Shown: piece after piece, positions 1 through 8,246 of the stretch
Layout of the letters: each line of letters starts with the position of its first letter
Position numbering within the stretch: position 1 is the first letter of the stretch
Source: Candidatus Hydrogenedentota bacterium
Lineage (GTDB): Bacteria; Hydrogenedentota; Hydrogenedentia; Hydrogenedentales; SLHB01
Length of the DNA: 64,000 nucleotides
Direction: 5' to 3'
Assembly (NCBI GenBank): GCA_045863295.1
Contig: BTWA01000006.1
Span: 96,001-160,000 of the forward strand
The notes under the pieces: generated by a model
What the model saw: only the letters and a program-made list of their open reading frames with translations
Told to the model about the DNA's origin: nothing
Database searches by the model: none
Translations under genes and position numbers: made by a program

Positions 1-1804
1 CGACCGTTATCGCCAATGTTCTTTCAACATTGGAGCCTGGCAGTGCGGCAGCCCAATACCATGAGCTTACGTCAGGCCACGAATCCACACCGCTTATCCA
101 TACATCCAAATCGCTGGGTGAGCGGGATACAGTAATTGCGAAATAGCACTGGCGCACATAGTAAACGCCCCCATCGGGGTCGTAATAACGGAATCGGCTC
201 CATACATGGCCGTGTTCGTCAACAAGACTGTCTTCGGTGTCACAATTCCCGCCTTGAGCTTTGAAACAGTTTTCTGCCGAGTGCAGGGCGCGAGTGGCAA
301 CCGTGCAAATGCGAAGCAGTACAAGTTCATCACTGTCTTGAATCCGAAATTGGGCCCAGGCTCCTGGAAAGTCTTTGATGTACGCCTCCAAATCGGGATT
401 CAAGGCAACCGGAAGTAGGGTACGGCCAGACCATGTATCAGGCCATTTCAACGAATCAACCAGGGCATCGGTGCCATTGGCCGTCCCGCTGCCGAGCAGT
501 GGCCCTGTGGCCGCCAGAATCGTTGCGAACGCAACGATTCCAATTGACCTGGACCCAACAGACTTTGACGCAGTCGTTGAATCGGCGCATTCAGATTGCT
601 CTCTACGCTTCAACCAGACCGCCACAGCTATCAACACTAAGGCACACTGTGCAAATACAATGATCCCGAACGCCGTATGCGCGGCCGAATCAAGTTCTGC
701 CCCCATCAGGAACAAGGTGGCCGCTCGCTGCGCGTTTCCGAATATTACCAGGAGGACCGCGAAGCATAGGAAAAGGAAGGTTTTCAGAAATCGGAATTGC
801 ATGACCAAGGAAACGGCCGATGCGAGTGCCAACCCCGTGCTGAGCATATGCACACCGCTGCAAGGTCCATCCACGTTAAACACCATGGATCCATCGGTCA
901 AGCCGGTGCCTATACTGAATGCAACCGGCCCAAGCATTAGGTCGGCCAGTCGGGCCGAGATAACGCGCAAAGGAAAGCCAACAAAGAAATCCAATGACGT
1001 ACTTACATGCATGGAAAGCATGATCAAAACGACGAGTCCCCAGGAGCGCGACCGAGTGTGACTTGGTAGGGCTGCAATCAGGGCGATTCCCAGTGCGGCA
1101 GCGGCAATTTCACAGGAAACCAGCGAAGGAACATGAACAAACGCAAGTCCGTAAACGGACAGAAGCGCGGCAACGGAAATCCATGCCCAACGTGCTGCAT
1201 CACGAACCGGAGTGAAACGCTCACTGGACTGAGCAAGTAGTATGAGCCAAAGTCCAATAGCAAAGGCAAAGATGACTCCGCCGCTAATCGATCCCCAAGG
1301 CTCAAACCACCGATCCCATGCGTTGACCACGGCCGCCCAGCAACCCAACAATACGGCTACTGGCAATAGCAGGGATCTGACGACAAAGGAATGCAGTATC
1401 AATTCGTCAACCGGTGCTGGGGACAAGGCTTCCGGAGTCGGACCTTGTACGTTTTTTCGGATGGTGCCGATGGTTAGTTGAAATGCACGGACAGGTGCCA
1501 TGACTAACGCAACCACGACCACCACCAAGCTCAGACAATAAAATAGAATCCGAAAGATGCTCAACTCGGCAAGTCGTTGAATTGAATAATTCAAGCGTTC
1601 GGATTCGCCATTAATCGCATAGTCAATGCTGCCCGCAACCAGATCAAATGAATGGTCGCCAAAAAACAGGGAAACGATATACAATGCAAAGGCGAACACA
1701 CACCAGAAGATAAAGGATCTTGCCATTGCGGATATCGCCGAACGAATTCTCGATGCGGTTATACGTCTACCGCTTTCGGATAGAAATTCATCCCGCTGCA
1801 ACAT
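1..1804 (-). CDS. Exosortase (XrtQ-like) fused to a C-terminal periplasmic partner domain; 3' end runs off the window
   Basis: Absent from the ORF track because it has no stop in the window. Hand translation from ATG at 1804, directly after the upstream gene's TAG, is open for 601 codons. Many TM segments; SLDFFVGFPLRV; VDGPCSG (Cys315), GNAQR (Arg360) and AAHTAFG (His376) give the exosortase Cys/Arg/His triad. C-terminal region has WPDTWSGRTL, TRALHSAENCF and WPDVSSWYWAA. Confidence 0.85.
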   Translation of the reverse strand, partial: MLQRDEFLSESGRRITASRIRSAISAMARSFIFWCVFAFALYIVSLFFGDHSFDLVAGSIDYAINGESERLNYSIQRLAELSIFRILFYCLSLVVVVVALVMAPVRAFQLTIGTIRKNVQGPTPEALSPAPVDELILHSFVVRSLLLPVAVLLGCWAAVVNAWDRWFEPWGSISGGVIFAFAIGLWLILLAQSSERFTPVRDAARWAWISVAALLSVYGLAFVHVPSLVSCEIAAAALGIALIAALPSHTRSRSWGLVVLIMLSMHVSTSLDFFVGFPLRVISARLADLMLGPVAFSIGTGLTDGSMVFNVDGPCSGVHMLSTGLALASAVSLVMQFRFLKTFLFLCFAVLLVIFGNAQRAATLFLMGAELDSAAHTAFGIIVFAQCALVLIAVAVWLKRREQSECADSTTASKSVGSRSIGIVAFATILAATGPLLGSGTANGTDALVDSLKWPDTWSGRTLLPVALNPDLEAYIKDFPGAWAQFRIQDSDELVLLRICTVATRALHSAENCFKAQGGNCDTEDSLVDEHGHVWSRFRYYDPDGGVYYVRQCYFAITVSRSPSDLDVWISGVDSWPDVSSWYWAAALPGSNVERTLAITV

Positions 1805-4561
1805 CTAGGCCGTGTGCGCGCCCGTTGCGCGCGTCTTTCGTTGTACCCACAGCAGAAGAATGAATGTGACGCCGGCAACGACAATGAGCGCCCATTCTTC
1901 CGGCTCCGGTATTCCTGGGATCGATTCCATATTCTCAGAGGGATCCAGCCCGAACTCTTCGTACTGCGCGGCCTGTTCCAATACCACAGCCCCCGTCAGT
2001 GGAGTTACGAGACGCGACGTAGCCGCCAGGCTCGCGACGGGTTCAATTTCCTGGGTGAGATGTCCTTGATGCACCTTCCATGCATGGTCGGCTATGGCCA
2101 ATCGGGCCAAATGCCCCGTGGCGAAACCAATGACCGGTGAGACCGCGGCTTCCGGAGTAGCAGTAATAGAAAAATGGTGAGTCACCTCTCCTGGAGCCAG
2201 CCGGGCCAGTGCAAATGCCAGTGTCGCTTCGAGTGACTCCAATTGGGGTACCCGGAAAACACCCCCTATCTCCCCCAACTGTTCCAACACGCGATTAGGC
2301 CCTTGCACGGCTTCGATGGTCAGCAGTCTGGAAGGCGCCCCATCCCCACCCATCGCGCGCCGACGGTTCCATTGCCTTATGCCTTCGATCGAGGAGAGTT
2401 CTACAGGAAGCGGCCCGTGGACCCACACAATTGACGCACGGTTCGCGCTGGCCAATTCCCACGCTTTTTCCAGGGCGGGAATTGGATCGCACCCGCCGCG
2501 GTATATCCGGTCGTCCAGCCAAGTGGCCATATCGGTACCGGGCACTTGAAACCCCCGTCCATATACTTCGACTTCCTGCCCTGCAAAAATGGCCGCCACT
2601 TCGGCTTGGCGCGGGAGTTGTTCCATAAGGCGGCTCCAATTCAGCGGCAAAGCCCTCATCGACGCCGAACCGTCAACCACAAGGCAATACTTCTCACCCT
2701 CGCGCGCCTGCCCGGCGGCTGGCTCCACACTCATAGATGCTTCCGTCTGTTGGAGCACATCACGCCAACGTGTACCAGTAATTGTTCCTTGTTCGACCTC
2801 GACTATGCCGGAATTCGGCGACTGCAGTGACTCTTCGCTTAACTCTCCGCGGAGCATCGACCATCCGTTCACCGGTGTATGGGAAGTCAGCATGGGACTC
2901 TTGGCGCGAACTGTAGAATCGCATTCTACCCAGATGTCATGACGGAATTCCGGCAAAACGGTGAAATTGCGCTCGCTGAAATAAGGCATTCGCAAGTAGC
3001 CGGTGCCGTTGCGAATTACCAGCGGCGCAGTGATCCCAATCTTCAGTTTCATGGTGGACTGAGGCTGGACAGGAAAGCACTGGAGCAACAACTTGTCGGG
3101 ACCGGCGATATTCAGCAGCGCCGGATCTCGTCGCCTTACTACGGCTACCTTCTGGTAGGCTTCGCGCACTTGCTGGCGCGCGCCAAACGCCGCCTCGCGT
3201 TCTTCACCTTCTATCCACAATGTCAGCCGGCTCGCGACTCCGCCATGTGGCAACTCAATTTGAGCCCGGGCTTCCCTCTGGTTATCGGAATCGTTCCGGA
3301 ATTCGATTATCCATTCCATATACGCCAAAGCCGGGTCGCCCGACTCGCCCCCCAAATGCACAATATTCGCATCAATATGGCTGCCTCGAAGGCTAAGGCC
3401 AGCTACCCGGCCGGCAACCGCCATTCCCCCGACCTCGCTGTCGGCAATACGTTCTTCCTCAAGCGTACCGATATCGGCCAGGGTGCGCGATACCTTCATT
3501 TTCGGCCTGGGGACGCTGTTGTACGGTTGTCCGGTCATCCTGAAGTACAATTCGCGACTTCCCGCAAGCCGGGACACCTCGGACTCAGACCAACGCCGAT
3601 TTCCAGGCAATCCGATCCCGATTGGTCGGTAACAAGTCTTAAGGACGGTCTCTTCCAAGCTGAGCGCCTGCAGCCACCAGAATCCTCTCGATCGCGAGTC
3701 CTTATCCGCGGAAATAGCCATATCGATGAGCTTGCGTGACAGCAATTCGGGTCCCGCATAACCGGCCGTTAACAGCACTACAACGGCTGCCCCACCGGCT
3801 GAACGCAAAATCGCTTTGCGTACAGGAAACTCAGCATGACTGGAAATGTGGATGTAGAAGCGTCGCATCTGAGCAAGTGAACAGGCGAGACAAAATACAG
3901 GAGAAAAGCCCATAATCCCGGCGCCAAAACCCAATATGGCAAACGTTGCGACCGGAATTATAGGGAGGTATATGAGCGTATAGATCAATGAAAGACCGAC
4001 GGCATAGGCATTGAGAAACAGGACCCACTCGGGCCAACGAATGTGTCCGCTGCGGCCGGCCATTCGTAGTGACATGTCGCTAACCACGATCGATCCAATG
4101 AGGACAAGGCCGGCAACGATATGCCATACGGTCGGAATTGGATCGACGAAAATTGTGGCCATGACCCCCGTAAACAACTCGAATCCCATCGAAAGCAGGG
4201 GTATCGCAACGCCAAATAGATAAATGAGCACACTCGTGCCAATACCGGTCGCGGCTTGCTCTTGAAGCGGCTTCGTGCCATTCCCGTTTGTACCTTGGAC
4301 CGCGGGAGTGGCGCACTGGGAAGGTGGTTGGGTTGATTCAGTACCAAGGATATCTTCGGGGCTCCCCATGGCCGCCAAGGCCCGTTGAACATGTTCGAGC
4401 GTAACAACCGAGCCAGAATGCTTTTCCGCTTCGGTCCGTATGTGGATGCTCAGGCCTTCGACGATCTCGCCGGTGTCTTCGCCCCGGCTTTCGGATATGC
4501 GTCCAACGGTTGATAGGTACTCGTCGAGGCGTTCCTTCGCTTCAGGCGTCCAGTTCGACAT
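1805..4561 (-). CDS. VIT/vWA-like domain membrane protein with N-terminal HAAS/DUF1700-like domain and C-terminal PEP-CTERM sorting signal
   Basis: N-term LDEYL...EIVEGLSIHI...ALAAMGSPEDI; about 6 TMs; VIT-type segment EARAQIELPHGGVASRLTLWIEGEEREAAF...RRDPALL; vWA-like LVVDGSASM; tail IPEPEEWALIVVAGVTFILLLWVQRK. Start MSNWT at 4561 overlaps the padR end. Confidence 0.85.
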   Translation of the reverse strand: MSNWTPEAKERLDEYLSTVGRISESRGEDTGEIVEGLSIHIRTEAEKHSGSVVTLEHVQRALAAMGSPEDILGTESTQPPSQCATPAVQGTNGNGTKPLQEQAATGIGTSVLIYLFGVAIPLLSMGFELFTGVMATIFVDPIPTVWHIVAGLVLIGSIVVSDMSLRMAGRSGHIRWPEWVLFLNAYAVGLSLIYTLIYLPIIPVATFAILGFGAGIMGFSPVFCLACSLAQMRRFYIHISSHAEFPVRKAILRSAGGAAVVVLLTAGYAGPELLSRKLIDMAISADKDSRSRGFWWLQALSLEETVLKTCYRPIGIGLPGNRRWSESEVSRLAGSRELYFRMTGQPYNSVPRPKMKVSRTLADIGTLEEERIADSEVGGMAVAGRVAGLSLRGSHIDANIVHLGGESGDPALAYMEWIIEFRNDSDNQREARAQIELPHGGVASRLTLWIEGEEREAAFGARQQVREAYQKVAVVRRRDPALLNIAGPDKLLLQCFPVQPQSTMKLKIGITAPLVIRNGTGYLRMPYFSERNFTVLPEFRHDIWVECDSTVRAKSPMLTSHTPVNGWSMLRGELSEESLQSPNSGIVEVEQGTITGTRWRDVLQQTEASMSVEPAAGQAREGEKYCLVVDGSASMRALPLNWSRLMEQLPRQAEVAAIFAGQEVEVYGRGFQVPGTDMATWLDDRIYRGGCDPIPALEKAWELASANRASIVWVHGPLPVELSSIEGIRQWNRRRAMGGDGAPSRLLTIEAVQGPNRVLEQLGEIGGVFRVPQLESLEATLAFALARLAPGEVTHHFSITATPEAAVSPVIGFATGHLARLAIADHAWKVHQGHLTQEIEPVASLAATSRLVTPLTGAVVLEQAAQYEEFGLDPSENMESIPGIPEPEEWALIVVAGVTFILLLWVQRKTRATGAHTA

Positions 4562-4919
4562 TGTTCTTCTCGCTTTCAAGCAACTGCCCAATACCCTGCA
4601 CCAATTCGGTCCAGTAGGTGCCCATCATTTCCACGGAATTCCGTCCTTCCGCAGTCAGTGCATAATATTTGCGCGCGGGACCTTCCGGAGATTCTTCGAG
4701 GCGGGATGTTACGAGTCCAGCGCTTTTTAGACGCGAAAGGAGCGGATAGATTGTGCCATCGGTGATCGCCAACGCCTTGATGCCGGCCAGGCGTTTGACC
4801 AGGTCGTAGGCATACATTTCGCCTTCGGCCAACTGGGCGACGATGCAGAGCTCAAGAAGTCCCTTGCGGACTTGGGTAACCCAGTTGGAGATGTCGAAGG
4901 ATGTCTCTTGATTAGCCAT
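4542..4919 (-). CDS. PadR-family transcriptional regulator
   Basis: QVRKGLLELCI, YAYDL, GTIYPLLSRL, ESPEGPARKYYALT motifs. Confidence 0.93.
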   Translation of the reverse strand: MANQETSFDISNWVTQVRKGLLELCIVAQLAEGEMYAYDLVKRLAGIKALAITDGTIYPLLSRLKSAGLVTSRLEESPEGPARKYYALTAEGRNSVEMMGTYWTELVQGIGQLLESEKNNVELDA

Positions 4920-4938
4920 AAATTCTCGTCTCGTTGAA

Positions 4939-4971
4939 ATAATATAACAAACTACCTTGTATTGCAAGAAC
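4939..4971 (-). promoter_or_regulatory. sigma70-like promoter of padR with overlapping imperfect palindrome (candidate PadR operator)
   Basis: Minus strand TTGCAA (4967-4962)-N17-TATTAT (4944-4939); inverted repeat CTTG-tattg-CAAG (4956-4968) overlaps the -35. Confidence 0.55.
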
Positions 4972-5188
4972 AATTGCAAATAGTCTTGATTTATCTGTAA
5001 AATATTTATCTATATATATTTAGATAAAGGGCCTGTCGGCGCTCTCGGCGTGCAGTTGTGGCTCAAAAGAGTCGATCTACCTTTAAACCACTGCTGGCAT
5101 CACTCTCCGCAAAATTGCTCCACAAACGGAATTGCTCAGGATCCATGTATAATTCGCAGATAGCGCCTACCCGGAAGGATTACCCTGC

Positions 5189-6778
5189 GTGCCCATTAGT
5201 TCGCCTGTCTCCTCGGCTTCAAAATCACTGGTACCTTTTGTGTTCATGGCCCTTGCGTTGCTTTGGCCTGCCGTCGTGTATCACGTGCTTCCTCTCAAAG
5301 GGCAAGTCCATGCCACGGATTCCGTATCCTATACTCAAATGGCGAAGGGTATACTTCACTGGCCGGATGAGCCGATTGGACTGCGGTTCCTGGATTGGGA
5401 CGGTAAATCCCCAACATTTAATTCGACCTTTCCGGTCGGTTATCCCTTGTTGATTGCCTTGGTTTCCCTGTCTGGCATCCCAATTGCCATCTCAGCCCTG
5501 CTGGTTCCGTTTTTATGTTATTGTCTGAATGGACTGCTGTTCTATCTTATCGCTTCACGACTAACCAATGCGCGCACGGGCCTCGCCGTTTCAATTCTTG
5601 CTTCATTTGCGTTTCCTTTCCTGGATGTCGCCTGGACGGCTTGGTCGGAGACGCCCGCAATTACCTCGACCCTTTTCGCGTTCCTGGTTCTGGCGATAAT
5701 CGAGGCAGAAGCGGTTCCGAAAGATGCGGTCTGGCCGTATACCCTGGCCGGTTTGGCTGCTGGGTTTACGTTCTGTATTCGCTACGCCATGTTGCCGTTT
5801 CCGTGTGCATTTGTGTTAGCAATTGCCTGGGGACGGTGGAAGCATGTCATTACCACAAGACAAGCGGTGGCGGGTATCGCCGGTTGCTGTGGACTGGTGA
5901 GTGGATTGCTTGTGATGAACTCGACTCTGTCGGGAAATGCCATGGGACCTTATCGGCACCCGGCTGAGGAGTCATTCGCAAAAAATGCGGCAACCGTAGT
6001 GAACCATCTCACCTATACCGTCACGGGCGTTTGGGGTGAGTTGAGCCGGCCTGTGCTCGCAGGTCTTGTGTTGATTTCGTTCACTGCGATTGCCCTTGCC
6101 TGCGCTTACTGGGCATTGGATACGCTCGTTCGGGGGAAAGCGGGCACGTTTTATTGGACCTCCTTGCTTTTTGCAGGCGGGTATCCGGCGTTCATCGTCG
6201 TTTCCCGCTCCCTGAAGCAGTACGACCCCATCGACATACGCTTCATGGTCCCATTTCTGGCGGTATATGTCCTGCTGTTCCTGACCCCATCCGTCCACGC
6301 AATCCTCGAGGGGGAAACGAACCGCCTAAAACGCGCTGCCTCGGTATGTATCGCTGGGTCTTTCCTGCTTGGATTTCCACTCACTTGGATTCACGAACCG
6401 GACCAGCACCATTCCACGCGCTGGCATTTGAACCTAGGTACGGATCGCCCTGATTTCGCTGCGCTCTCCGCGTCAGTGTCCGAAGATAGAGCGGCGTTGA
6501 TTACGGTGTCACACGAGATGGCCTACATCTGGGATCGCGGTCCTTCCGTAATTATCGACCCACAATCCCTTCAGGCGGACGACGAACGGGTCGCGGAATT
6601 TACCCGACGGGTGGGCATGCCTGTCTATTTCTATGTTCCCTACGATCATCCCGAGTTTACCCCGGCGGAATTCGGCCCGTTCGTCGAAGAACTCTTCGCG
6701 GGAACGGCCGGTGGGAATGCCGAAATGCTGCATGACTCGGGCAAGGCTAAACTATGGCGGCTGCGCGCCGGTATATAG
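5189..6778 (+). CDS. GT-C fold membrane glycosyltransferase (ArnT/PMT, GT39/GT83-like)
   Basis: DSVSY in first loop, FPVGYPLLIA, WSETP, GLAAGFTFCIRY; more than 10 TMs. Confidence 0.75.
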   Translation: MPISSPVSSASKSLVPFVFMALALLWPAVVYHVLPLKGQVHATDSVSYTQMAKGILHWPDEPIGLRFLDWDGKSPTFNSTFPVGYPLLIALVSLSGIPIAISALLVPFLCYCLNGLLFYLIASRLTNARTGLAVSILASFAFPFLDVAWTAWSETPAITSTLFAFLVLAIIEAEAVPKDAVWPYTLAGLAAGFTFCIRYAMLPFPCAFVLAIAWGRWKHVITTRQAVAGIAGCCGLVSGLLVMNSTLSGNAMGPYRHPAEESFAKNAATVVNHLTYTVTGVWGELSRPVLAGLVLISFTAIALACAYWALDTLVRGKAGTFYWTSLLFAGGYPAFIVVSRSLKQYDPIDIRFMVPFLAVYVLLFLTPSVHAILEGETNRLKRAASVCIAGSFLLGFPLTWIHEPDQHHSTRWHLNLGTDRPDFAALSASVSEDRAALITVSHEMAYIWDRGPSVIIDPQSLQADDERVAEFTRRVGMPVYFYVPYDHPEFTPAEFGPFVEELFAGTAGGNAEMLHDSGKAKLWRLRAGI

Positions 6779-6980
6779 GCGAACCCACTCTTGCCATTCT
6801 AAAGATTATTCTCCATAATCGGTCCTTGGGTTGGCGGATAGCACCTTGCCGGGCGGGCGCGTGCCATCCGAAGTCAGGTTCGATGTGGGCGGGCCGTGCC
6901 CGTTTACCTATTCGAACGATTGCAGTACCAGTCCTTTTCCCAGTTCCAAACGATTCGAACTTTCGAGGGAGGATTCGGCA

Positions 6981-8171
6981 ATGGCAGGCAATCGTGGTGT
7001 AGCGTATATCAAGCCGGGTGTGGTCGAAGTGCAGACAATCGACTACCCCAAACTGGCACTGGGCAATCGCAAATGCGAACACGGTGTCATTCTGAAAATT
7101 GTCTCAACCAACATCTGCGGCAGCGATCAACACATGGTCCGCGGCCGAACTACAGCACCCGAAGGGTTGGTTCTGGGACACGAGATTACCGGCGAGGTCA
7201 TTGAGTGCGGCCGAGACGTCGAGTACATCAAGAACGGCGATATTGTTTCGGTGCCTTTCAACATCGCTTGCGGACGCTGTCGAAATTGCAAAGAAGGCAA
7301 GACGGGCATTTGCCTGAACGTGAATCCGGCTCGCCCTGGTGCGGCATATGGATACGTGGACATGGGCGGATGGGTCGGTGGTCAGGCCGAGTACGTAATG
7401 GTGCCCTACGCGGACTTCAACTTGCTCAAGTTCCCGGATAAGGCACAAGCCATGGCAAAGATCAAGGATCTAACGCTTCTGTCCGACATCTTCCCAACTG
7501 GATTTCACGGCGCGGTGACGGCGGGAGTAGGTCCTGGGTCCGTGGTGTATGTGGCCGGAGCCGGTCCTGTGGGGCTTGCTTGCGCCGCATCATGCCACCT
7601 ATTGGGCGCCGCCGTCGTTATTGTCGGCGACATGATTCCAGAACGGCTTGCGCAGGCCAAAAGCTTCGGCTGCGAGACCGTCGATCTCCGGAAGGATGCC
7701 ACGCTGGCCCAACAGATTGAGCAAATCGTGGGAGTACCCGAAGTGGACTCGTCCGTGGATTGTGTCGGCTTCGAGGCACGTGGACATGGCCACGATGCCG
7801 CCGTGGAACGTCCTGCAACCGTGTTGAATTCCGTAATGGAAGTTACCCGCGCGGGTGGTGCCATTGGCATTCCAGGCCTCTACGTAACCGGCGATCCCGG
7901 TGGAGTGGATGAAAACGCCAAGATCGGTAATCTTGGCATTCGGATCGGGCTGGGCTGGGCAAAATCGCATTGCTTTACAACCGGCCAGTGTCCTGTGATG
8001 AAGTATAACCGAGCCTTGATGCAATGCATTTTGCATGACAAGATCCAGATTGCCAAGGCGGTAAACGTCGAAGCCATTTCGTTGGACGACGCACCAAAAG
8101 GCTATAAAGACTTCGACAAGGGCGCTGCCAAGAAGTTTGTCATTGACCCGCACGGAATGATCGCGGCGTAG
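6981..8171 (+). CDS. fdhA: Glutathione-independent formaldehyde dehydrogenase
   Basis: MAGNRGVAY start after GGAGG; STNICGSDQHMVRGRT, LGHEITG, CGRCRNC..C, LSDIFPTG, GLGWAKS, FDKGAAKKFVIDPH, characteristic of Pseudomonas-type FdhA. Confidence 0.95.
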   Translation: MAGNRGVAYIKPGVVEVQTIDYPKLALGNRKCEHGVILKIVSTNICGSDQHMVRGRTTAPEGLVLGHEITGEVIECGRDVEYIKNGDIVSVPFNIACGRCRNCKEGKTGICLNVNPARPGAAYGYVDMGGWVGGQAEYVMVPYADFNLLKFPDKAQAMAKIKDLTLLSDIFPTGFHGAVTAGVGPGSVVYVAGAGPVGLACAASCHLLGAAVVIVGDMIPERLAQAKSFGCETVDLRKDATLAQQIEQIVGVPEVDSSVDCVGFEARGHGHDAAVERPATVLNSVMEVTRAGGAIGIPGLYVTGDPGGVDENAKIGNLGIRIGLGWAKSHCFTTGQCPVMKYNRALMQCILHDKIQIAKAVNVEAISLDDAPKGYKDFDKGAAKKFVIDPHGMIAA

Positions 8172-8183
8172 CACTTGGATAGC

Positions 8184-8221
8184 GTGGGCGTCACTCCGAG
8201 TAAACACGGAGTGACGCCCAC
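8184..8221 (+). other. Perfect 15-bp intercistronic stem-loop
   Basis: GTGGGCGTCACTCCG-agtaaaca-CGGAGTGACGCCCAC between fdhA and the next gene; no U-tract follows. Confidence 0.75.
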
Positions 8222-8246
8222 ATTGAACCTTTGCAGGGTTTATCCC

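Noticed and set aside
375..1061. 228-aa plus-strand ORF
   Set aside because: Antisense shadow of the minus-strand exosortase, which carries the catalytic motifs.
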